Source: Acidobacteriota bacterium
GTDB taxonomy: Bacteria; Acidobacteriota; UBA890; WLXD01
Length of the DNA: 64,000 nt
NCBI GenBank assembly: GCA_963666055.2
Contig: CAXWPH010000012.1
Coordinates: 192,001-256,000, forward strand
Direction of reading: 5' to 3'
This document shows, piece after piece, positions 41,804-52,288 of this stretch (the first letter of the stretch is position 1; the number at the start of each line of letters is the position of its first letter). Made by a program: the position numbers and the translations under genes. Under the pieces are notes generated by a model. It made no database searches and was not told where the DNA came from. It saw only the letters and a list, made by a program, of their open reading frames with translations.

Positions 41804-44199
41804 ACGTGCTGGGTTAGCGCGCCGTGCGGCTGGCGGTCTTCCTGTAGCGCCGCCAACACCATTTCGGTGGTGATGGGCGTACGGTTGAATGCCGCGCCGC
41901 CGACGGCGTCCTGAATCGCACAGGCGACCGCCGCGGCGCCCGCCGGCATCGAAGCTTCGCCGATACCCTTGGCGCCGACAGGATTCGAGGGGTCCGGCAG
42001 GTTCACGGCCTCCCATTGGACATCGAGCGGTACGTCGAGGATCGTCGGCGGCTTTGCTGCATGGAAGCCCTTGGTGAACGGCACGCCCCACTTGGGGTCG
42101 TATACCCACTTGTGGCTGCGGGCGACACCAAAGCCCTGGATCGCTCCTCCCAACAGTTGTGCCCCGAGGCCACGCGGATGTATCACGGTGCCGCAATCGG
42201 CGACGCACCGATAGTCGACGATATCGACGTGGCCAGTCTCGACGTCGACCTCGACTCGCGCGAACCCCACCACGAACGAGAGGGTGTCGCCCTCGTGAGG
42301 CAGGGTGTCCTTGGTCGCCGCGATCAACCCCTCGCCGGCGAGCGCCTCGACCGACCGTACCGTCATATCGTCGAGGTCTTCTGCGCGCTCGTGACCGCTG
42401 TACTTGCCTCCCAGATCGATGGCACGACGGGCCGCTTGCGCGAAGCTCATCCCACGGCTCCGATTGGCACGCGCGTATACCCTGCCGCCACCGACGTCGT
42501 AGTTAGCGGCAGAGCCGCCGAGATCACGCGCCGCGATCTCCTGCAGCAATGCCTTGGCGTGTAGCGCGGCCACGTAGTTGGCTCGCGTGTGCGCCCAGGT
42601 CGTTTGGCTGCCCGACTGCGACGCGGTGTTCGGCAAGTGTCGAGCGGTGCTGCCCCAAACTACCTCGCACTGCTCCCAGGGAAGATCCAGCACCTCGGCC
42701 GCCGTGCGCGCCGTATCGAACGTCGAGTGGGTGCCCAAGTTGCCGACACCCTGGTGGATGTATAGCTTGCCGTCCGGCCGAATCACCAGCAACGCATCCC
42801 ATCCGCTGCTGCCGGCGTAGAACGGGCTCAGGACCACGCCCGTGCCGATCGCCTTGGTACCGCGGCGTTGCCCGCTGAGCTGCTTCTGCTCTTCCCAGTC
42901 GAACAGCTCGGCGCCGCGATCGATAGCCTCCTGCGCGTAGACGCTCGAAAGGCTCCCCTGCCCCGACCCGTAGGTACTGGCGGCGTCGGGCGCGTTGATA
43001 CGGCGAATTTCCAGTCGGTCGATCCCCAGCTGACGCGCCGCCCGGTCGACAACTGGCTCCAACATTGCCGTCGCCTGTACCCCACCAGGGGCCCGCTGCG
43101 CCGACCGCGGCGGCGTGTTGGTTACCACGGGAACAGCCCGGAAGCGCATCGAAAGCGGCGTGTAAGTGAGCGAGGCCATCTCGCCGGCAATCCAGTAGTC
43201 CGCCTCGCCCAGATAGGGGCCGTTGTCCTGGACGACGTAGAAATCGAGCGCCGTCATGCGGCCGTCGGCGCGAAATCCCATCTTGACCCGACCCTGGAAG
43301 CCGGGCCGCGCCATGCCGAAGTAATTTTCCTCGGCGCGCGTCACCCGCAGCATCACCGGCCGGCCGGTCTGCTTGGAGAGGAGCGCTGCCACCGGCAGAT
43401 TGACGGAGCCGCCGATCTTGCTGCCGAAGCCACCGCCACAGTACTCGGCAATCAGCACCAGATCTTCCGGCTCGACGCCACAGGCTCGCGCTGATCCCGC
43501 AGCACTGTTGGCGGTGCTCTGCGTAGAGGCATGCAAGTACAGCTTGCCGTTTTGCCAGTACGCCATGGCGCTGCGCGGCTCGAGCGGATGGTGGGTCAGC
43601 GACTGGTGAGTGATCGTTTGGTCCAGTACCAAATCGGCAATGCCGAACCCTTCCTCCAGGTCGCCGTTCGTCCACTCGAAGAACGGCTCACCCATCGGCA
43701 AGCGGTCCTCATCGGCTTCGGCGAAGTCCTCCTCCGTCCATTTAATGGTGTGGAACTCGCGTCCACCGTAGACATTGCCCTCCGATCGGGCATTGATACC
43801 GCCGGGCCGCAGACTGTCCAGCGGATCGATGACGAACGGCAGCGGCTCCAGATCCACGTCGATACGCTCGATCGCATCCGCAGCGGTAGTCTCATCGACC
43901 GCAGCGACAGCCAAGATCGGCGCGCCCTCGTACAGCGGCTCGTTGGTAAGCGCCGGCTCGCGGTGCATCGGCACTTCTGGAATATCGTCGGCGGTCAACA
44001 CGCCTTCCACGCCGGGCATGGCCAGCGCGCGGCTCGCATCGATACGACGCACGCGCGCGTGCGGCATCGGGCTGACCAGCAGCTTGGCGAACAGCATCCC
44101 CTCGGCACGGAAGTCCTCGGCGTACTTCGCCTTGCCCTGGACCTTGGCAACCAGATCCGGGGGCGTGTAATTCTTGCCGAGCAGCTTGTAGTCCGCCAT
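41800..44199 (-). CDS. Xanthine dehydrogenase family molybdopterin-binding subunit
   Basis: GKAKYAED, SPMPHAR, GGGFGSK, QRAPG, VEVDVETG, GAKGIGE; GGAGGTG RBS. Confidence 0.92.
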   Translation of the reverse strand: MADYKLLGKNYTPPDLVAKVQGKAKYAEDFRAEGMLFAKLLVSPMPHARVRRIDASRALAMPGVEGVLTADDIPEVPMHREPALTNEPLYEGAPILAVAAVDETTAADAIERIDVDLEPLPFVIDPLDSLRPGGINARSEGNVYGGREFHTIKWTEEDFAEADEDRLPMGEPFFEWTNGDLEEGFGIADLVLDQTITHQSLTHHPLEPRSAMAYWQNGKLYLHASTQSTANSAAGSARACGVEPEDLVLIAEYCGGGFGSKIGGSVNLPVAALLSKQTGRPVMLRVTRAEENYFGMARPGFQGRVKMGFRADGRMTALDFYVVQDNGPYLGEADYWIAGEMASLTYTPLSMRFRAVPVVTNTPPRSAQRAPGGVQATAMLEPVVDRAARQLGIDRLEIRRINAPDAASTYGSGQGSLSSVYAQEAIDRGAELFDWEEQKQLSGQRRGTKAIGTGVVLSPFYAGSSGWDALLVIRPDGKLYIHQGVGNLGTHSTFDTARTAAEVLDLPWEQCEVVWGSTARHLPNTASQSGSQTTWAHTRANYVAALHAKALLQEIAARDLGGSAANYDVGGGRVYARANRSRGMSFAQAARRAIDLGGKYSGHERAEDLDDMTVRSVEALAGEGLIAATKDTLPHEGDTLSFVVGFARVEVDVETGHVDIVDYRCVADCGTVIHPRGLGAQLLGGAIQGFGVARSHKWVYDPKWGVPFTKGFHAAKPPTILDVPLDVQWEAVNLPDPSNPVGAKGIGEASMPAGAAAVACAIQDAVGGAAFNRTPITTEMVLAALQEDRQPHGALTQHV

Positions 44200-44417
44200 T
44201 TCAACTCACCTCCAAGTTGGCACTCGCCCCGACGGTACCGCCGCAACCGCTTATCGTCCAGTGGCGCGGGGATCCCTACGGCACGAAACAGCAAACCGAC
44301 GTCAAGACTCCGATCGACCGGCCCCGCTCCACAATGTATAACGCCTGGTGGATCGTCTCGTTTCTTGACCGGGCCGTCGTATTGTTCCGCGGCAGGTCCA
44401 AGGTCTCAGCAACGGTC

Positions 44418-45288
44418 ATGGTTTCCGCAAAGGGGCTCCTCAAGAGGGCCCTCGGCTTGTTGGCCCGCTCAGATCGCGCCTGCGCTGCGCTGCTACCCAC
44501 CCTGCGCGAGGTCGAGCGGCAAGTTCGCGCCAAGGACCGCGTCTTCATCGAGGCGGCGATACGGCGCGCGTTCCCGGAGCTCACCGTCCGCCACGGACCG
44601 TTCGCCGGGCTCGTCTACCCCTCTGCTGCTAGCTTCGGCAGCGTGCTCTTTCCCAAAGTGCTCGGCAGCTACGAACGCGAGCTTCATGAGGCCATGGAGG
44701 AATCGGTCCAGAAGAGACCCACCGCGATCGTCAACATCGGATGCGCAGAGGGATATTACGCTGTCGGGTTGGCGCTCCGGGTTCCCGAGGTGCAGGTGTT
44801 CGCCTTCGAAACAGATCCACAGGCGCGAGACGCCTGCCTACGGATGGCCCAGGCCAACCGCGTGCAGGAGCGCCTGCAGGTCTCGGAACACTGCACTGCC
44901 GACGCGCTCATCAAGCTGCCCCTCGGAGATCGGGCCTTGATCATCGCCGATTGCGAGGGCGACGAGCGGTGGCTGTTTACCGCTGACGCTGCCGAAGCCC
45001 TGCGCCACCACGACCTGATCATCGAGATAGCACGACTTCGTGTATGCCGGTACCGGTGAGTTGCTCGCCGCTCGCCTGGCCGCCACACACCGGGTAGCGA
45101 GCATCCCTTGTATCGACGACGCGGCGAAGCTGTCGAGCTATCAGTACGCGGAGCTGCAGCCGTTCCGGCGCCGCCAGCGTCTGCGGCTACTGGCGGAGCG
45201 ACGACCCGCGGGAATGTACTGGCTCCGGTGTTCGCCAAAGAACGTCAGGTGCGCTCCGCCCAGGGATACTGGAACTCCGGGCGAATGA
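44418..45288 (+). CDS. SAM-dependent methyltransferase (FkbM-like), frameshifted near 45029
   Basis: GPFAGL.Y, LGSYEREL, NIGCAEGYYAVG, DCEG. After IIE the sequence HDF...ERRP.GM.WL continues in another frame (ORF 45040-45288). Confidence 0.75.
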
Positions 45289-47236
45289 CGTCGGTGACCA
45301 ACTCCTGCACGGCGCGGTGCGCCTGATCGAACGCCGCCTGGGTGAGACAGGTGGCCGCAGCGTCGGAGTTAGCCACCGCGATGCGGCCAAAACGCTTGCG
45401 CCCCATCACCCAGGGAGCCTCGTCGTAGCCCCAGTCGGGATCGTAGAGGTCGTTCGCTGCGCCCGCGTAGCCGTGCGGCCAGCGGTTGCAAATAATCGCC
45501 TCGACGTCGCGCGCCGGGTCGAACCCGCTGCCGTCCAAGGCGCGAGTGAGCTGATCGCGGGTTTTGCGCTCGACGGTCTCGAAGGTGGTGGCCAGCAGCT
45601 CCTCGCGGCCGGCGCGGAACTGCTCCTTGGGGTGCAGTCCCGGCTTGATGGGCACGAATGACAGATGCAGCATCATCGGGTCCTCGGGGCCTCGGGAGCG
45701 CTTGTAGTCGCCGATGCTCGGAGCCCAGTCACTGAGCGAGATTGATTGGTGGTAGCCCATCGGACAGCTAATGCGGGCGATTCCGAGCTCGTGAAATGCG
45801 CGCCAGTCTCGTAACACGACGTTGGTCGAGACATAGGGCTTACGAACCGCCCACTTCAATGCCGCCTTCTGCTCCTGCGGGAAGTCAGGGCACAGGTACG
45901 GGATCATGGCGTTGTAACAGGCCATGACGCAGGTGCCGCCGCGGACGCGGCGAGCCTTGCCGTCTTGCACGTAGGTCACCTCGACCTCGCCGGCGGTGCG
46001 GCGCTCGCCACGATGTCGGGTGTTGACCACCATGCTGCTCAGACGGATGCGCACCGCATTGCTCGGCTTGTCGAGCTCCCCGTAGCGGACGTGCGTGGCG
46101 ACCGAGTCCTCCATGGTGGTGCCGGGGAGCGAGTCGGGGATCAGCCAGCGAACGATCAGCCGCGCGATCCCGGCGTTGCCATCCGGGAATTTGATTCCCT
46201 CCCACGGGTTGTCGTGCCCCTCGAGCCAGTTGCGCGGCGGCCGCTCGAGCCCCATCGCGTCAAGTCCCGGAACCCATCCTGACCGGAACGCACCCCAGGC
46301 GCTCTGGGTGTCGATACCGGCGACGCCGTTGGAATCCGGGCTATGCCAGAAGTACTTGACGACGCTGGCGTCGACCCCTACGACGTCAAGCAGGAAGTCT
46401 TTGTAGCTCATCTTCTTGAGGCGGCGGACCTTCTCCTCGACACTCACGCCCGGCATGCAGTCACGCGAGTTGTCATACAGGTCGGCGATGTCCTGCTGCG
46501 CCTGCCGCGGCAGCGGCGTTTTGGCCAGAAACTCCGACCACGGCAGCGGCGGCGCTCCGCTGGCGCGACGTCCAGGCACCCCCACCGCGAGTCGATCCTC
46601 GCCGAAGTTTTCCTCGTCGAAGAACACTGCGTTCATCAGGCCGTACTCTCGAGCCAGCATGCCGCGTTCGCCGCCGAGCGCGTGGAAACGGTGAGGATCA
46701 ATGCCAATGTCCTCGAGCAGGGTTTCACCCTCGGGCGTATATGCACCGGTGATGTACGAGGTACCCCCGGTACCGATGACCTGGTGACCGTTGACCATGA
46801 CCTCGTTGCGCTTGGCGTGCCCGCCGAAGTCGTCGTGGTTGTCGAGCACCAGGACCTTCGACTCGGGCAGCGCTTTCCTGAAGAAATACGCCGCCGCCAG
46901 ACCGCTCAGCCCACCACCGGCGACAATCAGGTCGTAGGTTTCGCCGGTATCCTCGGGGTTGTCCCAGGTCTTGCCATAGCGCATCTCGTGCGCCACCTCG
47001 AACGAGCCCTCGTGGCTACCCCGCATTCCGGTCAGGCCCGGCGGATAGTGCTCGTCGGCATCCTGGAAGCCAGCGCTCGGGGAGGTTGCGGCGCTCGAGC
47101 TGCTCGCCGCGTGGGCATCGGCCGGGCGCATCGCGCCGATCGCACCTGCGCCACCGATCGCAACGCTGGCGCCATTGAGGAAATCGCGCCGTGTGATGGC
47201 ACGATCCATCCCGAGCTCACGGTCGGTGAACTTCAT
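45245..47236 (-). CDS. Spermidine dehydrogenase (SpdH)-like FAD oxidoreductase, Tat-exported
   Basis: ITRRDFLNG, YPPGLTGMRGSH, GGGLSG, DNHDDFGGHAKRNE, FPDGNA, NRWPHGYA, ANSD. Confidence 0.85.
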   Translation of the reverse strand: MKFTDRELGMDRAITRRDFLNGASVAIGGAGAIGAMRPADAHAASSSSAATSPSAGFQDADEHYPPGLTGMRGSHEGSFEVAHEMRYGKTWDNPEDTGETYDLIVAGGGLSGLAAAYFFRKALPESKVLVLDNHDDFGGHAKRNEVMVNGHQVIGTGGTSYITGAYTPEGETLLEDIGIDPHRFHALGGERGMLAREYGLMNAVFFDEENFGEDRLAVGVPGRRASGAPPLPWSEFLAKTPLPRQAQQDIADLYDNSRDCMPGVSVEEKVRRLKKMSYKDFLLDVVGVDASVVKYFWHSPDSNGVAGIDTQSAWGAFRSGWVPGLDAMGLERPPRNWLEGHDNPWEGIKFPDGNAGIARLIVRWLIPDSLPGTTMEDSVATHVRYGELDKPSNAVRIRLSSMVVNTRHRGERRTAGEVEVTYVQDGKARRVRGGTCVMACYNAMIPYLCPDFPQEQKAALKWAVRKPYVSTNVVLRDWRAFHELGIARISCPMGYHQSISLSDWAPSIGDYKRSRGPEDPMMLHLSFVPIKPGLHPKEQFRAGREELLATTFETVERKTRDQLTRALDGSGFDPARDVEAIICNRWPHGYAGAANDLYDPDWGYDEAPWVMGRKRFGRIAVANSDAAATCLTQAAFDQAHRAVQELVTDVIRPEFQYPWAERT

Positions 47237-47307
47237 GGCTGTCTCCTCGGTCTCGCGGGGCAGTAGCGGCGGAGCGCCGCTCGGCAAGCCTTGCTAGTAG
47301 GGGTGCC

Positions 47308-47604
47308 TCAAGCCCGGCCGAGCCCCGTAGCTGCGGCACAAGCTAGCACATCGTCTTTCTGGTCGAAACGGGGCGCCGCGATGATAGTCTTCACCGCTCC
47401 AAGGCTCAGAGCGAGAACCAGCAATCCAGTCGCCAATCGCGTATACGTCACGGCCCCGTGGATCGGCTGAACAAGGAGCACCGCAGCGAATTCTGGCGGC
47501 CAACTTCGCCGTGAAGCTGATCGACGAAGGCGCCGCGCTGGGACCAAGAAAATGATGTTTCGATCCGCGGCAAGAACGAGCCGGTGCGGATCTACGGCGC
47601 GCAT
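47308..47604 (-). other. Short ORF or fragment of a membrane protein, uncertain
   Basis: 98-aa ORF with one hydrophobic stretch in an otherwise empty 440-bp gap; no recognisable motif. Confidence 0.2.
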
Positions 47605-47680
47605 GCGGCAGCGCTCACTCCACTGCCGTGTTTAGGACACAATCCCCACTTGCTTGCTTTGGCTCCGTCGAGGAACGCGT

Positions 47681-48133
47681 ATGACCGACACGACTCGCAA
47701 GGTACGTATGATCGGCATCAACCATGTCGTGCTGGAGGTCGGCAATCTGGATGAAGCGCTCGTCTTCTACGGTCGGATCTTCGAGCTCGTGTTCCGCAAC
47801 CGGTTCCAGCACATGGCGTTTCTGGATATGGGCGACCAGTTCCTCGCCCTTGCAGAGAACGCCTCGCGAGAGCCCGACGAGGAAAGGCACTTCGGCCTCG
47901 TCGTCGACGACATGGAGCTCGTTCGCGCGCACCTGGCAAGCCTCGAGGTTGAGATCCTTCCGTCTTCGGGGTTGGAGTTCCGAGACCCTTGGGGGAACCG
48001 CGTTCAGATCGTCGAGTACGCCAGCATCCAGTTCAGCAAGACACCTGCGGTTCTTCGAGGCATGGGTTTGGAGAACCAGCCGAAATCGGCCGACGCCATA
48101 CGAGAGCTGTCCGACAAACGCATGGCGTCGTAA
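47681..48133 (+). CDS. VOC/glyoxalase family protein
   Basis: GINHVVLEV, HFGLVVDD, FRDPWGNRVQIV. Confidence 0.9.
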   Translation: MTDTTRKVRMIGINHVVLEVGNLDEALVFYGRIFELVFRNRFQHMAFLDMGDQFLALAENASREPDEERHFGLVVDDMELVRAHLASLEVEILPSSGLEFRDPWGNRVQIVEYASIQFSKTPAVLRGMGLENQPKSADAIRELSDKRMAS

Positions 48134-48164
48134 ACGCCCGCAACTCGTCCCCGAGAGCATCAAC

Positions 48165-48710
48165 ATGCGAATTCAACACACCGCGCTGATCGCCGCCGCT
48201 GTGTTAGTGGCGGCCGCACCCGCATACTCGCAGGGGCACATCGGGCCCGCGCACGACGCCCGATCGCCTGTCAGCACCCTACAGCAACAGCAACAACCTC
48301 CGTGTTCGACGCCCGAGCACCGGCAGTTCGATTTCTGGATCGGGGATTGGGAGGTTTTCAACCCGCAGGGCCAACGAGTCGGAAGTAATCGCATCGACAA
48401 AGTCCTGGGTGGCTGCGCTCTGCACGAGAGCTGGCGTGGCAGCACGGGCCATCGCGGTTCCAGCTACAACTTCTACGACGCTGCCGACGGGAACTGGCAT
48501 CAGACCTGGATCGATGTCGCAGGAGCGCCCCTGTACATCAACGGCAGCTTCGAGGACGGGCGGATGAGGATGGTCGACGATGCCGGCACTAGCCGCATCA
48601 CTTGGACACCGCTCGAGAGCGGCCACGTCCGCCAGCACTGGGAACAACGCGCCGACGGCAGCGCGACTTGGGCTACGGTGTTCGACGGCGAGTACCGACG
48701 CGTCTACTGA
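48165..48710 (+). CDS. Secreted conserved hypothetical protein (beta-barrel-like)
   Basis: Signal peptide; C...EHRQFDFWIGDWEV, WHQTWID, VRQHWE, FDGEYRR. Confidence 0.75.
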   Translation: MRIQHTALIAAAVLVAAAPAYSQGHIGPAHDARSPVSTLQQQQQPPCSTPEHRQFDFWIGDWEVFNPQGQRVGSNRIDKVLGGCALHESWRGSTGHRGSSYNFYDAADGNWHQTWIDVAGAPLYINGSFEDGRMRMVDDAGTSRITWTPLESGHVRQHWEQRADGSATWATVFDGEYRRVY

Positions 48711-48740
48711 CCACGGCGATCACCGGCCCCGGTTGTTCAC

Positions 48741-51179
48741 ATGAAGATCCTGAAGTTCGGCGGGACCTCGCTGCAGAACGCCGACCGGATAACGGCGGCG
48801 GCGCGCATCGTTGCGCAAGCGGCAAGTAGCAGCGAGATCTGCGTGGTGGTGTCCGCCATGGGCGGGGTCACCGACGCGCTGCTAGGTGCGTCCGAGCACG
48901 CGGCCGTGGGCGCCAACTTCGAGGCTACCTGCGACGAGATCGAATCGCGCCACATGGAAGCGCTCGAGATCCTTGGGGATCCAACCACCCGTGACGCGCT
49001 GCGCCAGCGCCTCGAATCGGTGCTGGGTGAGCTACGCGACCGTCTGCGAGGCGTCGCCCTGGTGGGCGAAAGCAGCCCGCGGACACTCGACTCGATCCTC
49101 TCTGTCGGAGAGCGCCTGTCGGTCGAGATCGTTGCCGAAGCGCTGCGACGCGAAGGGTTGGCAGCCGAGGCCTGCGACGCTCGACAGCTGATCGTCACCG
49201 ACCGACGCTTCGGCGCCGCCGCAGTGGAAACGGAAGCCACTTACAAGCGTCTTCGTGCTCGTCTCACAGAAGTAGAAGGAATACCGGTACTCACCGGCTT
49301 CATCGCCTCCACCACCGACGGCAAGACGTCCACGATCGGCCGCGGCGGCTCAGATCTCACAGCGGCGCTGGCCGGGGCGGCCGTCGGCGCAGAAGTGATC
49401 GAAATCTGGACCGACGTCGACGGCGTTCTGAGCGCCGACCCGCGCCTTGTCCCCTCGGCTCGCCCCATCGGCCACCTGAGCTACGAAGAGCTCATGGAGC
49501 TGTCGCACTTCGGCGCCAAGGTCGTCTATCCGCCGACCGTGCGCCCGGCACGCGATGCATCTATCCCCCTGGTGATCCGTAACACCACGAACCCTGGCTT
49601 CGCCGGTACACGCATCGACAACGAGCGCCCAAATCGGCCGCGGGCGGTGTGCGGGATCGCGTCGATTAGCCGGGTCAGTCTGATACGTCTGGAGGGCGAC
49701 GGCATGGTCGGTACGCCCGGAATTGCGGCGCGCCTGTTCGGGGCGCTGGCTGGTCAGGAGATAAACGTCATCCTGATCAGCCAGTCATCCAGCGAGCACT
49801 CCATCTGTCTGGCGGTTCCAGCTGACGCGGTCGACGAGGCACGCGCCCGGATCGACAGGGAGTTCCGTCTCGAGCGCAGTACCGGTCTCATCGACGAGCT
49901 CGTCGTAGAGCATGGCCTGTCCGTGCTGGCGGCGGTCGGTGAGGGCATGCGCCACACCCCTGGAATCGCCGGCAAGCTGTGCAGCGTGCTGGGGGCCGGC
50001 GGGGTGAACATTCACGCCATCGCCCAGGGCTCCTCGGAGCTCAACATCTCGTTGGTGATCGAGAGGGCGGATGAACGCCGGGCGCTCCAGGCGACGCACG
50101 CGTCCCTGTTCGAAGACCCCGTAGCAGCACGCATCGTGGTGCTAGGCACCGGTAGAGTGGGATCGGAGCTATTACGACAGCTGCAGGCAGCCGCCGAGAT
50201 GCGCCCCGGCCTGGTGGTCGCCGGAGTCGCCAACAGCCGTGTCATGAGGACAAGCATCGCGGGCCTGGCCGACGGGGAAGCGGAGGAGCGCGCCGCGGAC
50301 CTGACCGACCTGGTGGAGTGGACTCGCAGCCTCGACGGGTGTCGGGTGTTCGTGGATTGCACCGCGTCGGACGAGATCGGCGAAGTATATGCGCCGCTGC
50401 TGCGTGCCGGCGTCGCCGTGGCCACCGCAAACAAGAAGCCGCTGGCGGGCACGTTCCATGCTTGGGAGACCATCTACAGGGCGTCGATGGGCGACGCTGG
50501 TCTGTACCACGAGGCTACGGTTGGTGCCGGCCTACCGGTGATCCGCACACTGACCGATCTGTTGGCGAGCGGTGACCGTTTGCTGAAGATCGAGGGCACC
50601 TTCTCAGGCACATTGAGCTACTTGATGGACAGATTGAGACACGGTGTGGCGTTCAGCGCCGCGGTCCGCCAGGCGCACGAGGCGGGCTATACGGAACCCG
50701 ATCCGCGTGATGACCTGAGCGGCATGGACGTTGCCCGTAAGATGCTGATCCTGGCGCGCGTGGCAGGGCACACGCTGGAGCCTGGCGACGTTCGAGTCGA
50801 GCCATTGGTCACCGATGCATCGCTCACCGCGGCATCGCTCGATGAGTTCTGGGTCCGGCTAGAGACCCTCGACGAAGGGTTCGCGCAGCGGCAAGAAGAA
50901 AGCGCGCAACGCGATCATAGCCTGTGCTACTTGGCCACGCTGGATGACCAGGGAGCAAGCGTCGGTCTACGGGAGGTCCCTTCCGACCATCCGTGTGCCG
51001 GTGTCCGAGATCGCGACAACCTCTTCGCTTTCTGGACCGAGCGCTACAGCGATACGCCGCTGATTGTGCAAGGGCCCGGGGCTGGTCCCGAGGTAACCGC
51101 CGCCGGCGTGCTAGTGGATATCCTCAGCGCAGTGAGAAACTCGGGCGCGAGGCCAGCACGAGAGGGAGGACCCACGTGA
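48741..51179 (+). CDS. thrA: Bifunctional aspartate kinase / homoserine dehydrogenase I
   Basis: KFGGTS, GRGGSD, WTDVDG, two ACT domains, GTGRVG, ANKK, EATVGAGLP, EPDPRDDLSG, GPGAG. Confidence 0.95.
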   Translation: MKILKFGGTSLQNADRITAAARIVAQAASSSEICVVVSAMGGVTDALLGASEHAAVGANFEATCDEIESRHMEALEILGDPTTRDALRQRLESVLGELRDRLRGVALVGESSPRTLDSILSVGERLSVEIVAEALRREGLAAEACDARQLIVTDRRFGAAAVETEATYKRLRARLTEVEGIPVLTGFIASTTDGKTSTIGRGGSDLTAALAGAAVGAEVIEIWTDVDGVLSADPRLVPSARPIGHLSYEELMELSHFGAKVVYPPTVRPARDASIPLVIRNTTNPGFAGTRIDNERPNRPRAVCGIASISRVSLIRLEGDGMVGTPGIAARLFGALAGQEINVILISQSSSEHSICLAVPADAVDEARARIDREFRLERSTGLIDELVVEHGLSVLAAVGEGMRHTPGIAGKLCSVLGAGGVNIHAIAQGSSELNISLVIERADERRALQATHASLFEDPVAARIVVLGTGRVGSELLRQLQAAAEMRPGLVVAGVANSRVMRTSIAGLADGEAEERAADLTDLVEWTRSLDGCRVFVDCTASDEIGEVYAPLLRAGVAVATANKKPLAGTFHAWETIYRASMGDAGLYHEATVGAGLPVIRTLTDLLASGDRLLKIEGTFSGTLSYLMDRLRHGVAFSAAVRQAHEAGYTEPDPRDDLSGMDVARKMLILARVAGHTLEPGDVRVEPLVTDASLTAASLDEFWVRLETLDEGFAQRQEESAQRDHSLCYLATLDDQGASVGLREVPSDHPCAGVRDRDNLFAFWTERYSDTPLIVQGPGAGPEVTAAGVLVDILSAVRNSGARPAREGGPT

Positions 51180-52252
51180 GGACACTGCAAGACCTCGGAC
51201 TCAGTGAAAAGATCCCGGTCTGCTTGCTGGGCGCGACCGGGAGCGTCGGCCAGCGGTTCGTAAGCCTGTTGGCAGAGCACCCCTGGTTCGACATCCGTGC
51301 GCTCATGGCCTCGGACCGATCTGCCGGCAAGAGCTACTCGGAGGCCACTAGCTGGGTTCAATCCGCTCCCCTGCCCGACCGCGTCGCCGGAATGATCGTG
51401 CAGCGGTGTGAGCCGCGCGAAGACTGTCCGCTGGCGTTCTCGTCGCTGGACTCGAGCGTCGCCGGCGACATCGAGAGCAGCTTCGCCGAGGCCGGCTCAC
51501 TGGTCGTGTCCAACGCCAAGAACCACCGCATGGACGCTGACGTGCCGCTGCTCGTACCCGAGGTCAACTCAGCGCACCTCGATCTGGCTCCTCTGCAACA
51601 ACATTCCGGTGCCATCATCACCAACCCCAACTGCTCGACCATCGGCGTTGTGCTGGCCTTGAAGCCATTGTTCGACGCCTTCGGTGTCGAGGCGTTCTCC
51701 GTGGTCACGCTACAGGCGGTCTCGGGCGCAGGGCTTCCCGGCGTATCGAGTCTGCAGATGCTCGACAACGTACTGCCGTACATCGACGGAGAGGAAAACA
51801 AGATCGAGACTGAATCCTGCAAGATCCTCGGAGTGCTGGAAGAAGGTGCGATCAATCCGGCGCCGATCATCGTTAGCGCCGCATGCAATCGCGTCGCGGT
51901 GATCGACGGACACACTTCCTGCGTCTCCGTCCGGCTGGCCAGCGAGGCGACGCACGACGACCTGCTGAGAGCTTGGGATCGCTTCAGCGCCGAGCCCCAG
52001 CAGCTCGGACTCCCTTCAGCACCGGCGCGCCCGGTGCACTATCTGACCGGGCGAGCCGATCCTCAACCGCGACTGCACCGAGATCTGGGGAAAGGCATGT
52101 CGGTGTCCGTGGGCCGCCTACGCGATTGCCCGGTTCTCGACTTCAAGTTCGTGGCTCTGTCACACAACACCGTACGGGGTGCCGCCGGTGGCGCGATCCT
52201 GGCCGCCGAGCTCGCCATCGCGCGCGGCCTCCTGCCAGACAGCTCTCGCTGA
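51176..52252 (+). CDS. asd: Aspartate-semialdehyde dehydrogenase
   Basis: GATGSVGQRF, NPNCST, QAVSGAG, CNRV..DGH, HNTVRGAAG; GTG overlaps the thrA stop. Confidence 0.95.
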   Translation: MRTLQDLGLSEKIPVCLLGATGSVGQRFVSLLAEHPWFDIRALMASDRSAGKSYSEATSWVQSAPLPDRVAGMIVQRCEPREDCPLAFSSLDSSVAGDIESSFAEAGSLVVSNAKNHRMDADVPLLVPEVNSAHLDLAPLQQHSGAIITNPNCSTIGVVLALKPLFDAFGVEAFSVVTLQAVSGAGLPGVSSLQMLDNVLPYIDGEENKIETESCKILGVLEEGAINPAPIIVSAACNRVAVIDGHTSCVSVRLASEATHDDLLRAWDRFSAEPQQLGLPSAPARPVHYLTGRADPQPRLHRDLGKGMSVSVGRLRDCPVLDFKFVALSHNTVRGAAGGAILAAELAIARGLLPDSSR

Positions 52253-52288
52253 CACGCGCCCGTGCTCGTCGCGCCGGATGTGCTTGTC

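Noticed and set aside
45057-45059. TGA ending the methyltransferase ORF as a second selenocysteine codon
   Set aside because: The continuation is in a different frame, so a frameshift explains it; there is no redox motif.
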